DNA of 64,000 bases from a virus: positions 73,723 through 137,722 of the IMG/VR virus record IMGVR_UViG_3300025073_000027; one strand, given 5' to 3'. Within the stretch, counting starts at the first letter, position 1, and every line of letters starts with the position of its first letter. A program made the position numbers and the translations under genes. Positions 37,036 through 47,793 of this stretch are shown in pieces. Below the pieces are notes generated by a model. The model ran no database searches. It was not told the origin of the DNA and worked only from the letters and a program-made list of their open reading frames with translations.

Positions 37036-38109
37036 TTAATTAGAAATAACTTTTAAAATCTGTTTTAAAACTTCAACATCTTCAATAGTCTTCAAATTTG
37101 TTGGAAGTCCCTTTTCTTTTACTTCAGCACGTTTTTGATTTTTAGTTTCTTTATCTAACTCAGAAAGTTTTTCATCAATTAATTTGCGATAATCATCTGA
37201 TGTTTGAAGTTCGGCGGCATGTTCAACATCGCCGGTTTTAGCTTTTTCAACATATTCAGCAGCTTTTTCTTCTTTTTCTTTAAGTTCTTGTTCTTGTAAA
37301 CGCTTTAATTCTTTATCTGTCACTTTATTATCAAAGGCAGACATTACACCAATTTTAAATGCTTTCAAATATTCTTTTGCCGATAATGGTACTCGTTCTG
37401 GTATATTGGGAAATCGTGTACCAGCATCTACAAATCCATCCGATCTAAAATAAATATAACGTTCTGTACTTACTAACTCGCTATCTTGAACATTTTTTTC
37501 AATGTACATGGTGGCGATAATATCGGCTTTGTCACTAAAAATTTTGTCGAAACGGGATTCCATATTGGATGTCAATTGCATATATGCACTATCCATATTC
37601 TTTTCTTTAATTTCTCTAATCTTAGTATGAGAAATAAAAACTAATCCATATCCAGCAGCTTCTAAGCGGCGAATTTGATCATTAATTAATTTTTGAACCA
37701 TTGTATGTCCCTGTCCGAATCCCCCAAGCGCGGCATTGAGACTGTGGCATTTTTCTCCTTTTCGCTGAAAATGAATCTTCAAAACCTTTTCGGTTGCTAT
37801 AGAAACAAGTTCATCTACAGTATCAATAGCAATAATTTTAAATTCATTTTCTGACTTATTTTCAACCAAGTCATCTATATGTTCAACAAATGTATTCCAA
37901 TCAGGAGCTTCCACCGGATAAAGATTCGATAAACTAGAAAAACCCGTTTCATTACCGGGGGCTATTAGCAAACCGTGTTTTGGATCGCCATAAGCTTCAA
38001 TAACTAAATCTCGAAACAAAGATGTTTTTCCTATTTTTGGTATACCGCGCCAATAATGCCTGAATGATCCAAGACTTGTTTTAGGAACATTAAGTTTATA
38101 TTTTATCAT
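37036..38109 (-). CDS. AAA_24/Sak4-like ATPase (YorG-like)
   Basis: 'GIPKIGKTS', 'IDTVD', 'G.G.G', 'FISH', 'ADII', 'AGTR'. Confidence 0.8.
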   Translation of the reverse strand: MIKYKLNVPKTSLGSFRHYWRGIPKIGKTSLFRDLVIEAYGDPKHGLLIAPGNETGFSSLSNLYPVEAPDWNTFVEHIDDLVENKSENEFKIIAIDTVDELVSIATEKVLKIHFQRKGEKCHSLNAALGGFGQGHTMVQKLINDQIRRLEAAGYGLVFISHTKIREIKEKNMDSAYMQLTSNMESRFDKIFSDKADIIATMYIEKNVQDSELVSTERYIYFRSDGFVDAGTRFPNIPERVPLSAKEYLKAFKIGVMSAFDNKVTDKELKRLQEQELKEKEEKAAEYVEKAKTGDVEHAAELQTSDDYRKLIDEKLSELDKETKNQKRAEVKEKGLPTNLKTIEDVEVLKQILKVISN

Positions 38110-38127
38110 TTATGCTTTTCTCCTTTA

Positions 38128-38862
38128 TTAGTTATGCAAAATTATATTTAATTTTGCATTAGGCCCAAATATTTCCAATGCTTTTTTATTATAAACCAAT
38201 GCGGCTTCTATTTCAGTTTTATATCTTCCTAAATAATATGTTTTTCTTTCATGGGTTATATGAACAGACCAACTATTATTTGATGTTTTTGCTACACCAA
38301 CATATTTACTAGTAGTATTTTTTCTATTTTTAGAACCCTGTTGAACTTTAGAATTTTGTTCTCTTAGTTCTTTACTGTGTTTTTTTCCATATTGAGGATG
38401 ATTTTCACCAGAATAATCTTTATGACTCGCTTTCATTTTTTTTCTTGTTTCATCGGTATGTTTTCTGCCATAAAAACCATTCTTTTCACCTCGTACAGAA
38501 TTACCTATTTGTTTTTTTGATTCTTCTTTATGTGTATAACCTTCAAATAAATTTCCTGCTGTTCCTCCCCAAGCAACATTATATCCCCACTCAGTAAAGT
38601 GAGATTTTAATTCTCTTATATAATATATTTCTTTTTCATCTAGCTCCTCTAACGATAAATTCTCTTCAACAATCCAAAGAATATAGCTATTTTCTCCAAA
38701 TTCGTTCCATTCTTTTTGTAAATAAGGATTATAGTGATTATTCTTTTTTAAAGCAGCAAAATGATGATTATTTCTATCTTGTATGTTGATACTAGCACCA
38801 ATATATTTTTTATTATTTATTATATTTTCAATACAATATATACCGCTTATATTATTATTCAT
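38128..38862 (-). CDS. GIY-YIG homing endonuclease with NUMOD3 and AP2 domains
   Basis: 'GIY.I.N..N.K.YIG', 'GYN...GG', 'G.KH..E' repeats, 'SKY.GV..W...YLG.Y..E.EAA..YN'. Confidence 0.85.
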   Translation of the reverse strand: MNNNISGIYCIENIINNKKYIGASINIQDRNNHHFAALKKNNHYNPYLQKEWNEFGENSYILWIVEENLSLEELDEKEIYYIRELKSHFTEWGYNVAWGGTAGNLFEGYTHKEESKKQIGNSVRGEKNGFYGRKHTDETRKKMKASHKDYSGENHPQYGKKHSKELREQNSKVQQGSKNRKNTTSKYVGVAKTSNNSWSVHITHERKTYYLGRYKTEIEAALVYNKKALEIFGPNAKLNIILHN

Positions 38863-38929
38863 ATTATCAATTATAGAAAAGAAAGGAATGATCGCACCAT
38901 TCCTTATATTTACTCACTCCTACCCATTC

Positions 38930-40003
38930 TTACCAAGGAGTATCCGAATCATCCTCATCATCATCAGATTTACTACCCCAATCATCATCGTTACTACTAC
39001 CACCAGCAGTTTCAAATTCCTTTTCTTTATCTGCTAACTTCTTTAATTCTTCCAAAGCCGCATCCATCTTCTTTTCAGAATAAGTTTCTGTATCTACGGT
39101 ATCCTTGTCAGCACCAGTAATTAGCCTGAGGGTTCTATAAGGAGCAAAAGTACGCTTCATTTTATTGCCTGTACCCCACCCATCATCATCTTCATTATCC
39201 ACATCTACTTCATCGGTATTGCGAATAGTTGTAATGTCCCCATAGGTTTCAATAAAAGTATAAGGCTTAAGATTTTTCCTAAAATTAGAAGCCAACTTAT
39301 TATTTTCAATATAAAATTCAGAAGTTTCAATAGAATTATAATTTACAACATTGCCGATAAGAACAAATCTACCCTCTTGTTCTTCGTCTTTTTCAATACT
39401 TTGGAAAACAAGATTTTGAGTAAAGTTCGCTGTTACCTCAAAATCATCAGCATCAAAATCAACATCTTGGCAACGAGAGATTTGCTGAGGAATTAGTTTT
39501 ACGGAATTAACAATATCACCATTCTGATTTTGATAATGACTATATTCCAACTGCCCTCGAATAAATACAGACATGCCATCTTCAAGATGTTCCTTTACAT
39601 ATTCAGCAGCATCAAAGGGATGAAGTGTACGCTTATCATTTACTTCCTTGCCCTTTTCGTCATGGGTTTTCACTAATCCGAGGTTAATTCCTATTAAACG
39701 ATAACCTTCTTTGGAAAACTTATTGCGATTTTTCCATTCAACTTTTACAGTTTCATTCTTTGTATTTTTATCAGCACCCTTTGGTTTGCCAGAGTAGTAT
39801 ACAAAGTCCTGAGGCATACCATTGAAGGTTACATATAAAACACTATCCTTGGAAACCTGAACGCCAAAATTCACAGACCTCCAATCCTTATTGGTCTTGG
39901 TCTTTGTTGACTTATAAAACGTGTCTTTTGATACTCCTAACACCTTCCCTTTTAGTTGAAAATTACCGCGAGTCTGAGGCAGTTCCAATCCTTTACTTGC
40001 CAT
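38930..40003 (-). CDS. Single-stranded DNA-binding protein (YorF-like)
   Basis: OB-like beta pattern; highly acidic C-terminus ending DTPW; upstream of the AAA ATPase as in SPbeta. Confidence 0.65.
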   Translation of the reverse strand: MASKGLELPQTRGNFQLKGKVLGVSKDTFYKSTKTKTNKDWRSVNFGVQVSKDSVLYVTFNGMPQDFVYYSGKPKGADKNTKNETVKVEWKNRNKFSKEGYRLIGINLGLVKTHDEKGKEVNDKRTLHPFDAAEYVKEHLEDGMSVFIRGQLEYSHYQNQNGDIVNSVKLIPQQISRCQDVDFDADDFEVTANFTQNLVFQSIEKDEEQEGRFVLIGNVVNYNSIETSEFYIENNKLASNFRKNLKPYTFIETYGDITTIRNTDEVDVDNEDDDGWGTGNKMKRTFAPYRTLRLITGADKDTVDTETYSEKKMDAALEELKKLADKEKEFETAGGSSNDDDWGSKSDDDEDDSDTPW

Positions 40004-40071
40004 ATTTAATTATTCTCCTTTATAATTTTTATTTCTTATAATTATTATTTTTTATAACATTGTGAAATATA

Positions 40072-40089
40072 ATAAAAACAACATTTTAT
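40072..40089. repeat. ATAAAA-N6-TTTTAT site
   Basis: ATAAAA ACAACA TTTTAT between the glycosylation cluster and the replication module. Confidence 0.75.
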
Positions 40090-40166
40090 TTGAAATTCAA
40101 TATATTTTTAGGTCAAATTTACTCCTTTTATATATTTTTTATTACTTTTATAGGGGGATTACAAAG

Positions 40167-40195
40167 ATTTTATCACACATTTGTAAATTTGTCAA
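40167..40195 (-). promoter_or_regulatory. sigma70/sigmaA-type promoter for the replication operon
   Basis: TTGACAAATTTACAAATGTGTGATAAAAT. Confidence 0.8.
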
Positions 40196-40818
40196 GGGTT
40201 TTTATCGAACAACTTTAATTTTGCATAATACCGTTTTTCCATCCAACTAGAATAATTTACATTTTGCATTTCAATATCGCTATATGAATCTCTTTGAATG
40301 GCAATCATTTTAGGTACTGTAATATAGCAAGGTAAATTTGGAATAATATAATTACAATAAATTAGATCCAGCGGCATTCCATAAATACCTAGAATAGTAA
40401 AAATAATTTGAGGAATATATTTGTAATTTACACATATAGAATGTGTACTTTGGCAAAATGTTAATCTTCCGAGATGGTCTGTTTCTTGTATCACTTCACC
40501 TTGATAAATGTTCCCTCCAAGATAAAACAAACTCCAATCTTTTTGTTCTAATTCATTTAATGCTTTTGGCAATATTTCATTATATTCATTAATAAGTTTA
40601 AAATCATCTTCAAATATCATTGCTGATTTTTGTTGCTGATATGCAAAATTTAAGCAATAAAGATGAGATAATAAGCAACCAAATAAACCATTTTCAGTTT
40701 TTATCGCCGGAAAACGTATTACATCTGTAAAACCTAACTTAGCAATTTCAACTTTTGATTCTTCTAGCCTATCTTTTCTTTCATCAAGATTTATTAGAAA
40801 TTTCATAAATTCAATCAT
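40192..40818 (-). CDS. Glycosyltransferase family 25
   Basis: 'INLD.R.DR', 'RFPAI', 'GC..SH', 'IFEDD'. Confidence 0.85.
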   Translation of the reverse strand: MIEFMKFLINLDERKDRLEESKVEIAKLGFTDVIRFPAIKTENGLFGCLLSHLYCLNFAYQQQKSAMIFEDDFKLINEYNEILPKALNELEQKDWSLFYLGGNIYQGEVIQETDHLGRLTFCQSTHSICVNYKYIPQIIFTILGIYGMPLDLIYCNYIIPNLPCYITVPKMIAIQRDSYSDIEMQNVNYSSWMEKRYYAKLKLFDKNP

Positions 40819-40826
40819 ATTTATAC

Positions 40827-41801
40827 CTATTGATCATTAAAAACAATTCTACTTCCTCCTTTTTCAAATTTAAATGGTAAATTTTGAATATTTTTTATTT
40901 TGGTTTCTTCTAATAATTTTTTTTGTTTATCGGGTAAACAAAACGCTAATATAAATCCTCCTCCTCCCGCACCTAATAATTTTCCACCACTTACACCATT
41001 TTTAATTAAAAAATTATATAATTCATCAATGTTATTATTTGTAATTTTAGAAGCCAATTGTTTTTTTAATTTCCATGATTCATATAATAATGTGCCAATT
41101 ATTTCTATATTGCCTTTTATTAATTGATATTTCGCTTCTTTACATAAGCCCAATAATTCAATTAAAATATTAAAATTTTTTTCTGAATTATTATTTTGTT
41201 CTTCTAAAATATTTGTTGCCATTCTTGTATTGCCAGTATAAAAAAGTAATAAATTTTTTTCTAATTCTTCAACAATATCTTGAGAGCAAAATGTAAAAAC
41301 ATTAAAATGTGGTTGTTGATTTGTAAATTTTATTTGATTAAAACCACCATAAGTAACCGCTATTTGATCTTGAATACCGATATGTTTATGCAATTTATTT
41401 ATTTCTATATCTATTGCTTCCTTTACTAACATATCCTTTGATATAGATTTATTTTTATAAGCATAAAGTATATGTAATAATCCTACCGTTACTGCACTTG
41501 AACTTCCTAAACCAGAACCCCCAGGAATATCGGCCATAGTTGAAATTTCAATACCACATACATCAACTTTTTTAATTGCTTCTCTAGCCAATTCGTGTTT
41601 TAAATTATTTAAATTTGACACGTTTTCTGTTGTACTATATCCCAATCGAATATTATTATCAAATCTCTTTTTAGCAATTACATATACATATTTATCTATA
41701 GTTGTCGAAAGAACCTCTCCATTATGTCGCTTATAAAATGATGGAAAATCCGTACCACCTCCAAATAAAGATATTCGAAATGGTGTTTTACTAATTATCA
41801 T
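40827..41801 (-). CDS. hddA: GHMP kinase, D-glycero-alpha-D-manno-heptose-7-phosphate kinase-like
   Basis: 'PFRISLFGGGTD', 'PGGSGLGSSS', 'G.QDQ', 'KLLGAGGGGF'. Confidence 0.82.
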   Translation of the reverse strand: MIISKTPFRISLFGGGTDFPSFYKRHNGEVLSTTIDKYVYVIAKKRFDNNIRLGYSTTENVSNLNNLKHELAREAIKKVDVCGIEISTMADIPGGSGLGSSSAVTVGLLHILYAYKNKSISKDMLVKEAIDIEINKLHKHIGIQDQIAVTYGGFNQIKFTNQQPHFNVFTFCSQDIVEELEKNLLLFYTGNTRMATNILEEQNNNSEKNFNILIELLGLCKEAKYQLIKGNIEIIGTLLYESWKLKKQLASKITNNNIDELYNFLIKNGVSGGKLLGAGGGGFILAFCLPDKQKKLLEETKIKNIQNLPFKFEKGGSRIVFNDQ

Positions 41802-42333
41802 TTAAACGCCTTTTTAATTCATCAATAATAAAATGAAAAATTATTGAATGAATAGATTCGCCAATAAATATATTTTTAGCATTAATACATATATCTAAAT
41901 CAGTATATAAAGACAATGTTGATTTTTCATAAGACGGAGATGTAAAACTTATTGCAGGTAAGTTTCTAGTAAATTTTGTATACCAAACAGCATTAATAAT
42001 GTTTTTAGAACAACCAGAACAGGAAATAGCAATCAATAAATATTGTTCATTATACCGTTTTAATTGTTCTAAAAAAATTGACGCATAATCAACATCATTA
42101 GCAAAAGCTGTGACTAAACCAATATTATCCGTTAAACTACTTGCTTTCGCATTGCAAACCTTTACTAGATCCTGCGCAAAATGAGAACCAGAATATGCAC
42201 TACCGCCATTGCCAATAATAAAAATTTGAATATTATTATTAATACAATATAAAATTCCTTGAATTGCCTGTTCTATTTTATTATTATCAATTTTAATTAC
42301 ATAATTATCTTTTATATATTGAGTAAATTTCAT
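41791..42333 (-). CDS. gmhA: Sedoheptulose-7-phosphate isomerase (SIS domain)
   Basis: 'GNGGSA...SHFA.D', 'TA.AND', 'IS.SG.S.NI', 'E.IH...H'. Confidence 0.8.
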   Translation of the reverse strand: MKFTQYIKDNYVIKIDNNKIEQAIQGILYCINNNIQIFIIGNGGSAYSGSHFAQDLVKVCNAKASSLTDNIGLVTAFANDVDYASIFLEQLKRYNEQYLLIAISCSGCSKNIINAVWYTKFTRNLPAISFTSPSYEKSTLSLYTDLDICINAKNIFIGESIHSIIFHFIIDELKRRLNDN

Positions 42334-42408
42334 TTTATTTCCAAAAATAATTTATGGTTTTTATATCGTATTTTTAAATAATTAAAATTATTATAAAAAG
42401 TAAAATAA

Positions 42409-43380
42409 TTATATACTGCCATATGTATTAAACCACCTCCAAGTATCTTTTATAACACATGATAGATTAGAATAATCTGGTTGCCAACCTAATTTATTTA
42501 TAGCCCTATCTCTTGATGCAATTAGTACAGAAGGATCACCTGGCCGTCTATCTGTAAATTCATAATTTATTTTATACTTAGTAATCTTTTCAGATAGTTC
42601 AATAATTTCTAACAAAGAAAAACCTTCTTCACTCCCTAAATTATAAACATCATTTTTTACAGTATCAAATTTATTCATTGCTAAAATATGAGCATTAGCT
42701 ACATCGACTACATGCAAATAATCTCTTACTGCCGTACCGTCTTTAGTATCATAGTCATTTCCAAATATTTTTAAGGTTTGATTATTTTTTATACATCTCA
42801 TTATAGTTGGCAATAATCTTGTTTCTTCTTTACGTCTTTCACCATTTAACAAGGTAGAACCGCCCACATTAAAATACCTAAACATTACATAATCAAGATC
42901 ATAACATTTTTGATACCACTTTAATATTCTTTCAAAAATATATTTTGATTCACCATAAGCATTTATAGGATTTTGAGGATGATTTTCATCAATAGGAGTA
43001 TATAATGGTATTCCATATGATGATGCAGTAGAAGAATGTATAAATTTATTAACTCCATGTTCTCGCATTGTATCTAATAATGTAATTCCACCACTTATAT
43101 TAGCATTAAAAAATAAAGAAGGATCAATCATAGATTTATCTATAATTGATTCGGCGGCAAAGTGAAATACGAAATCTATTTTATTATCGGCAAATATGCG
43201 GTTTAACACATATTTATCTTGTACATCTCCATAATAAAATTTTATATTTTTATTTACTGCCTCTGGATAACTGGATGAAAAATTGTCTAATCCAATTACA
43301 CTATATCCTTGCTCTACAAGTATTTCTGTTGTAATTGCACCTATGAATCCAGAACAACCAGTCACTAAAACATTATTCAT
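42409..43380 (-). CDS. galE: UDP-glucose 4-epimerase
   Basis: 'TGCSGFIG', 'HFAA', 'SSTA', 'YGESK', 'RYFN', 'DGT.VRDY.HV.D', 'RRPGDP'. Confidence 0.9.
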   Translation of the reverse strand: MNNVLVTGCSGFIGAITTEILVEQGYSVIGLDNFSSSYPEAVNKNIKFYYGDVQDKYVLNRIFADNKIDFVFHFAAESIIDKSMIDPSLFFNANISGGITLLDTMREHGVNKFIHSSTASSYGIPLYTPIDENHPQNPINAYGESKYIFERILKWYQKCYDLDYVMFRYFNVGGSTLLNGERRKEETRLLPTIMRCIKNNQTLKIFGNDYDTKDGTAVRDYLHVVDVANAHILAMNKFDTVKNDVYNLGSEEGFSLLEIIELSEKITKYKINYEFTDRRPGDPSVLIASRDRAINKLGWQPDYSNLSCVIKDTWRWFNTYGSI

Positions 43381-44246
43381 TATTTAATATAATCCTTAAA
43401 TTTATTTTGGTTTTCTACAATATATAATGGATGGGTTTCTAATGTAATTGGTACTATACTAAATTTGCTTGGGCGAAAATATAGATCGTGACCATTGGTA
43501 ATACAATTGTCAATATTATCTTGAATACTATCTTTTATTTTTGAAGTATTTAACATTTGCTCCGCATGAGATTCAATTTTATATTTGATTTTATCCGCAC
43601 CTCCCATATATGAAAAATGCCATCCAGCATTAGAAACTGAAAATCCACGCCTACGCATTCTCAATTCACAAAGAGAAAATTGCTTGAAATTTTTTAGAGT
43701 TAAAATTGTATTACCAAACCAATGTTCTTCTTTAAGACAATTGAAATAATAAAAATACATATCGTTTTCTAAATTATAGATTTCATTTAAATCCAGTTGA
43801 GGAATAAGAGATTCAATAACGTTCTTACGAGGAATTTCATCAGCCTCATCTAAAATAAGAATATCATTTAGATCAAATCTATCCATTGCCCTAATAAGAC
43901 ATTCTGATTCATAAGTAATGGCGACATAATCGGGTCGATTTTTAGGAAACCAATCCGCTCGAATAACCTTATCGATTACATTTTTATGCAATTCATTTTT
44001 AGGATGCATAGACAACATTTCATCATAGTTGTTAGGGGTATCGTCTATAATTTGATGAATTATCTTATCTTGAAATTTTTTGAAATAATCTTTATTCTCG
44101 TTATAAAATAAAGGTTTGGGATTTTGTGAATGAGTTTTTGTGCTTTCCGATAGGATAAAATAATCAACCACATCGTATAATTCATTTAATCTTACTTCCA
44201 ATTGCGCCAATTCATTAAAAAAAATAAAAGCATTGATAACTGTCAT
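43380..44246 (-). CDS. Glycosyltransferase family 17 (MGAT3-like GlcNAc transferase)
   Basis: 'FFNEL..LE.RL.EL..VVD.F...ES..T', 'ADEIP', 'GWHFSY'. Confidence 0.8.
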   Translation of the reverse strand: MTVINAFIFFNELAQLEVRLNELYDVVDYFILSESTKTHSQNPKPLFYNENKDYFKKFQDKIIHQIIDDTPNNYDEMLSMHPKNELHKNVIDKVIRADWFPKNRPDYVAITYESECLIRAMDRFDLNDILILDEADEIPRKNVIESLIPQLDLNEIYNLENDMYFYYFNCLKEEHWFGNTILTLKNFKQFSLCELRMRRRGFSVSNAGWHFSYMGGADKIKYKIESHAEQMLNTSKIKDSIQDNIDNCITNGHDLYFRPSKFSIVPITLETHPLYIVENQNKFKDYIK

Positions 44247-45130
44247 ATATTTTTCCCTTTTGTTCTTTCTTCTTCAATAATCTGTTCATAATTAAATAAC
44301 TTACCATATCTATTCATAAAATTAAATCCAAATGTCCATATGTCTGAATTAGCCCAAAAACCATTTGAAATATTATGCCTTGACCAATATTTAGGAGCAA
44401 TAATATTTATTGCATTTTTATTTAACCAAGCTGGAAATATAGCAAATCCACTATTAGATAAAATTAAATTTTTTGCTTGATTAATAACATAATAATCACA
44501 ACCAATTGAAAAATGATATACGGGTACATTGAATACGTTTTTATAAAATTGAGGATCTTCAGTAATAACAATAAATTTCATTCTAGGATTGATTTTCAGC
44601 ATTTGTTGAAAAGCATGATTCCAGTATTCTTGTCCTAAAAATAAAGACGGAATTCCTCTATATTCTCCACCTCGACAATTTATCACACAAAGATTTTCAT
44701 TAAATTCAATACCATTATTATTTAAAATTTGATTATATTCATTAATCTTTTCTTCTTTTATCGATAACCATTGCCTAACTTTTTCTTTATCATAGTATCG
44801 AGCATCATGACAACAATAAATAATCAATTTTGTATTATCTGGAACATTGAATATATCTGGTTGAAAAGGATGATAGTTATAATCTGGATATCGAATTATT
44901 TTTTCTTCCCAAGTATTTGTAATGCTTGAATGTAATTGACCGTAAGGTGTATGATTTATTTCACCATAATCAATTTCAAGAAAATCCATTTGTTCTTTAC
45001 CGCTATAATAATCATGTGATGTTACTGGATTGATACCCCATGAATAATTATTCTTTTCTGCAACTGATCTAACCATGAGATATCGAACTAGATGATCGCC
45101 AATATTCCCTGTTAAATCCGTTGTGATCAT
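44243..45130 (-). CDS. Glycosyltransferase family 11 (alpha-1,2-fucosyltransferase-like)
   Basis: 'GN.GD', 'N.RGGEY', 'I.SNS.F....AWL', 'IAPKYW'. Confidence 0.7.
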   Translation of the reverse strand: MITTDLTGNIGDHLVRYLMVRSVAEKNNYSWGINPVTSHDYYSGKEQMDFLEIDYGEINHTPYGQLHSSITNTWEEKIIRYPDYNYHPFQPDIFNVPDNTKLIIYCCHDARYYDKEKVRQWLSIKEEKINEYNQILNNNGIEFNENLCVINCRGGEYRGIPSLFLGQEYWNHAFQQMLKINPRMKFIVITEDPQFYKNVFNVPVYHFSIGCDYYVINQAKNLILSNSGFAIFPAWLNKNAINIIAPKYWSRHNISNGFWANSDIWTFGFNFMNRYGKLFNYEQIIEEERTKGKNI

Positions 45131-45783
45131 AATTTTTTCTTTTCAATAACCGCTAATTCGCCATATATTTCGATATTAGCAATTTCATTTATGATTATAT
45201 TTAATCTATCTTGTGAAATATAATGAGAAAATAAAATATTATTTTTTAAATTTAAAATCCAGTTTAAAGTTGATGAATTTGGATCATCAAATTCTCTAAA
45301 TTCTCTAATTAAACAAACAGCTAAATCTTCAATAAAATAATAACCACCAGGAATAAGATAATCCCATAATATATTAAAACTTTTTTGTTGATCCCAAGAT
45401 CGATGAGAACCATCATCAATAATAACATCTAAAGATATATTATTAAAATAATTTAATACTTCTTCATCTGCCTGATCGCCTACAATAACTTTAATTTGAG
45501 TAGTTTCAATATCTTCTTTTTTTATCGTACAAGCAGGATCAGAGAAATTATCAATTCCATAAATAGTAGCGAGTGGCAACCATTCTGCCCACATTTTATG
45601 ACTCCAACCTTCTCTAATTCCTATTTCTAAAAAATTTTTAATAATGTGTTTTTTATTATTTAAATATTGATAATAAATAGGAGTATATCCGTGATAAATA
45701 TTTTGACCAATATCATTTGTTCTTTTATCTGTACCATATTTTCTAGCTAATATATCTAATTCATTCATTATTTCTCTCGCCAT
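45127..45783 (-). CDS. Class I SAM-dependent (sugar O-)methyltransferase
   Basis: 'YGTDK', 'LEIGI', 'GID', 'GDQ', 'IIDDGSH', 'GG.Y.IEDL'. Confidence 0.8.
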   Translation of the reverse strand: MAREIMNELDILARKYGTDKRTNDIGQNIYHGYTPIYYQYLNNKKHIIKNFLEIGIREGWSHKMWAEWLPLATIYGIDNFSDPACTIKKEDIETTQIKVIVGDQADEEVLNYFNNISLDVIIDDGSHRSWDQQKSFNILWDYLIPGGYYFIEDLAVCLIREFREFDDPNSSTLNWILNLKNNILFSHYISQDRLNIIINEIANIEIYGELAVIEKKKL

Positions 45784-46448
45784 TTATTTGTAAAAATATA
45801 ATATAATGCTCGTTCTATTAAAAATGCCTCAGCAGGAATTCTATGATAATCTACATAACTCATTAATTTCTCATAAAACTTTTTACTATAAAATAAAATA
45901 TTTTCTTTTGGCACAATATATTGTCCACCTGGAGAAAATCTAATCCATTTTAAATATCTTGGATTTTTAAATTCTGGATTTTCAAATATAGCATCTAAAA
46001 ATTCATTATAAAAAGTAAAATAACGATGTGTCTCAGAACCATGTGTTTCAGAATGAGAATAAAGATACCATGATGTATTTATTTCCATATATCCACCATC
46101 CACAGGATCTTTACGATAAGCAGAAGATTCAGGCACATTAGAATAATCTTCTAGTGGTGTAAAAAATTCATTATAAATAAGTTTATCAAATGTTTCTCGT
46201 TTACAATGAGTCCAAGGATCACCTTCCAAAAATGCTACAAGAGGAGGTAAATTATTATAATTTTCAATAATATATAAACAGATATCATTTATGTTATATC
46301 CTACATTATTTATTCTTCGTATCTTGTCACTTTCAGGCAAGTTGTGGCTTTTATCGAAAATCAAATAATCATCTGTATATTCTTCCACCCATGAAACATC
46401 ATTGTTCCACGCACTTATTACAAAAAATGCTTTTGGTTTAATTTTCAT
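45768..46448 (-). CDS. DUF3431-like putative glycosyltransferase
   Basis: 'D.SW', 'NVG......YI..NY.NLP...AFL.GDP..H', 'G.QYIV.KE.I', 'ER'. Confidence 0.65.
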   Translation of the reverse strand: MKIKPKAFFVISAWNNDVSWVEEYTDDYLIFDKSHNLPESDKIRRINNVGYNINDICLYIIENYNNLPPLVAFLEGDPWTHCKRETFDKLIYNEFFTPLEDYSNVPESSAYRKDPVDGGYMEINTSWYLYSHSETHGSETHRYFTFYNEFLDAIFENPEFKNPRYLKWIRFSPGGQYIVPKENILFYSKKFYEKLMSYVDYHRIPAEAFLIERALYYIFTNKWREK

Positions 46449-47101
46449 AAAACTCCTTTATTTGCAGGATTCATAAACTTATGAAATCCGAAACTAGGAA
46501 CACCTTGATTTTCTGGTACAGGATTTTCATAAGAAAATTGTGCAGCCAATTCTACAGGAGCATATTTAATTCCTTCTTCTAAAAATTCTTTTTTATAGTA
46601 ACAACAAATATTCCCATCCTCATTTTTCCAACCTTGTTCACTTCTCAAGTTCCATCCCTTTTGTTCTGGCAAAGAAAGTAATCGCTTAGATCTCATTGAA
46701 AGCCCACCGTTGCCCACCCTCGAACGAGTTCCATCATTTGCCATATATGCACCATCAATTATCTTCCAAGGCGCACCGCAATAATCATAATTTAAAAACT
46801 CATTAGTCCAAAGTGAAGAAGTTGCAATCCACGCATGATATTGAATAGTTAAACAATATTCTGTATCTACATGTTTATAAAGTTTTCGAAAAAAATATTC
46901 ATTAAAATTATCAATATGATTTATTGTTGGTGCAAATTCCCATGTAATAAAATCGGGTAAATTATCTGGTTTTTTATCAGAAATCAATTTCACACTACCA
47001 AAATTAATATTTTTGCAACTTTTTTGTATCGCCCAAATTGTTTCAGGTATTTTTATGCAGGAATAAGCAATCAATGTTACATCTGGTAATTGTATTTTCA
47101 T
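46445..47101 (-). CDS. DUF5672-like GT-A protein
   Basis: 'L.IQ......W..EFL.YDY.GAPW', 'VGNGGLS.RSK.L', 'NED', 'A..FS.E', 'FGFH'. Confidence 0.7.
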   Translation of the reverse strand: MKIQLPDVTLIAYSCIKIPETIWAIQKSCKNINFGSVKLISDKKPDNLPDFITWEFAPTINHIDNFNEYFFRKLYKHVDTEYCLTIQYHAWIATSSLWTNEFLNYDYCGAPWKIIDGAYMANDGTRSRVGNGGLSMRSKRLLSLPEQKGWNLRSEQGWKNEDGNICCYYKKEFLEEGIKYAPVELAAQFSYENPVPENQGVPSFGFHKFMNPANKGVL

Positions 47102-47793
47102 ATTTTAAGACCATATTTATCGAGAATATATTTATTTTCTTTTTCGATCAAATTACTTGATATAGACGAAGTAATAGAACCATCCCACAAATAATTTACC
47201 ATTCCCATTTGTCTAACAAGTTTTGGATATCCATATTTTATAAACAATCTAAAATACCAATCACAATCGTAGGCATAACTCAAATTTCCATCCATTTCAG
47301 GTAAACCATTTATATTTTTTACCGTTACTGCTGAAGGTGATCCTAAAGTATTTCTAATAAAAATTTGTGGATTTATATCTGGTAAATGCCTACGAAAATA
47401 ATTATGCCAATCATATGTATGAATATAATCTGTAAATAACCAAATTACATGTTCTTCTAAATTATCTACAATAATGTTCAATGAATATTCATCATATAGA
47501 TAATCATCCATGCACAATACTTTTATCCATTTGCCGATTGATTTTTTTATTGCGCTATTTGTATTTAAAGCTGCTCCCAACCTTGTTTTATTTTTATGGT
47601 ATTTTATATCTAATTTATTGTCCCATTCTTTACACAAGTTCATAACATCATTATTTTGCGAGTCATCGCTTATTGTAATATCAAAATTTTTATAATTTTG
47701 CCGATATAAGATTTCAAAAGAATGACTTAAAACCAGTGTGCCATAACCATTACATTCATAAGTTGGAATCGCTACACTTAAATATTTACTCAT
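47098..47793 (-). CDS. Glycosyltransferase family 2
   Basis: 'SVAIPTY', 'SDDS', 'N.N.AI', 'MDD'. Confidence 0.85.
   Translation of the reverse strand: MSKYLSVAIPTYECNGYGTLVLSHSFEILYRQNYKNFDITISDDSQNNDVMNLCKEWDNKLDIKYHKNKTRLGAALNTNSAIKKSIGKWIKVLCMDDYLYDEYSLNIIVDNLEEHVIWLFTDYIHTYDWHNYFRRHLPDINPQIFIRNTLGSPSAVTVKNINGLPEMDGNLSYAYDCDWYFRLFIKYGYPKLVRQMGMVNYLWDGSITSSISSNLIEKENKYILDKYGLKI

Noticed and set aside
31431-38862. Group I introns or inteins hosting the endonucleases
   Set aside because: Flanking genes look complete with little non-coding space for a ribozyme; no intein motifs seen in NrdJ, the polymerase or the helicases.
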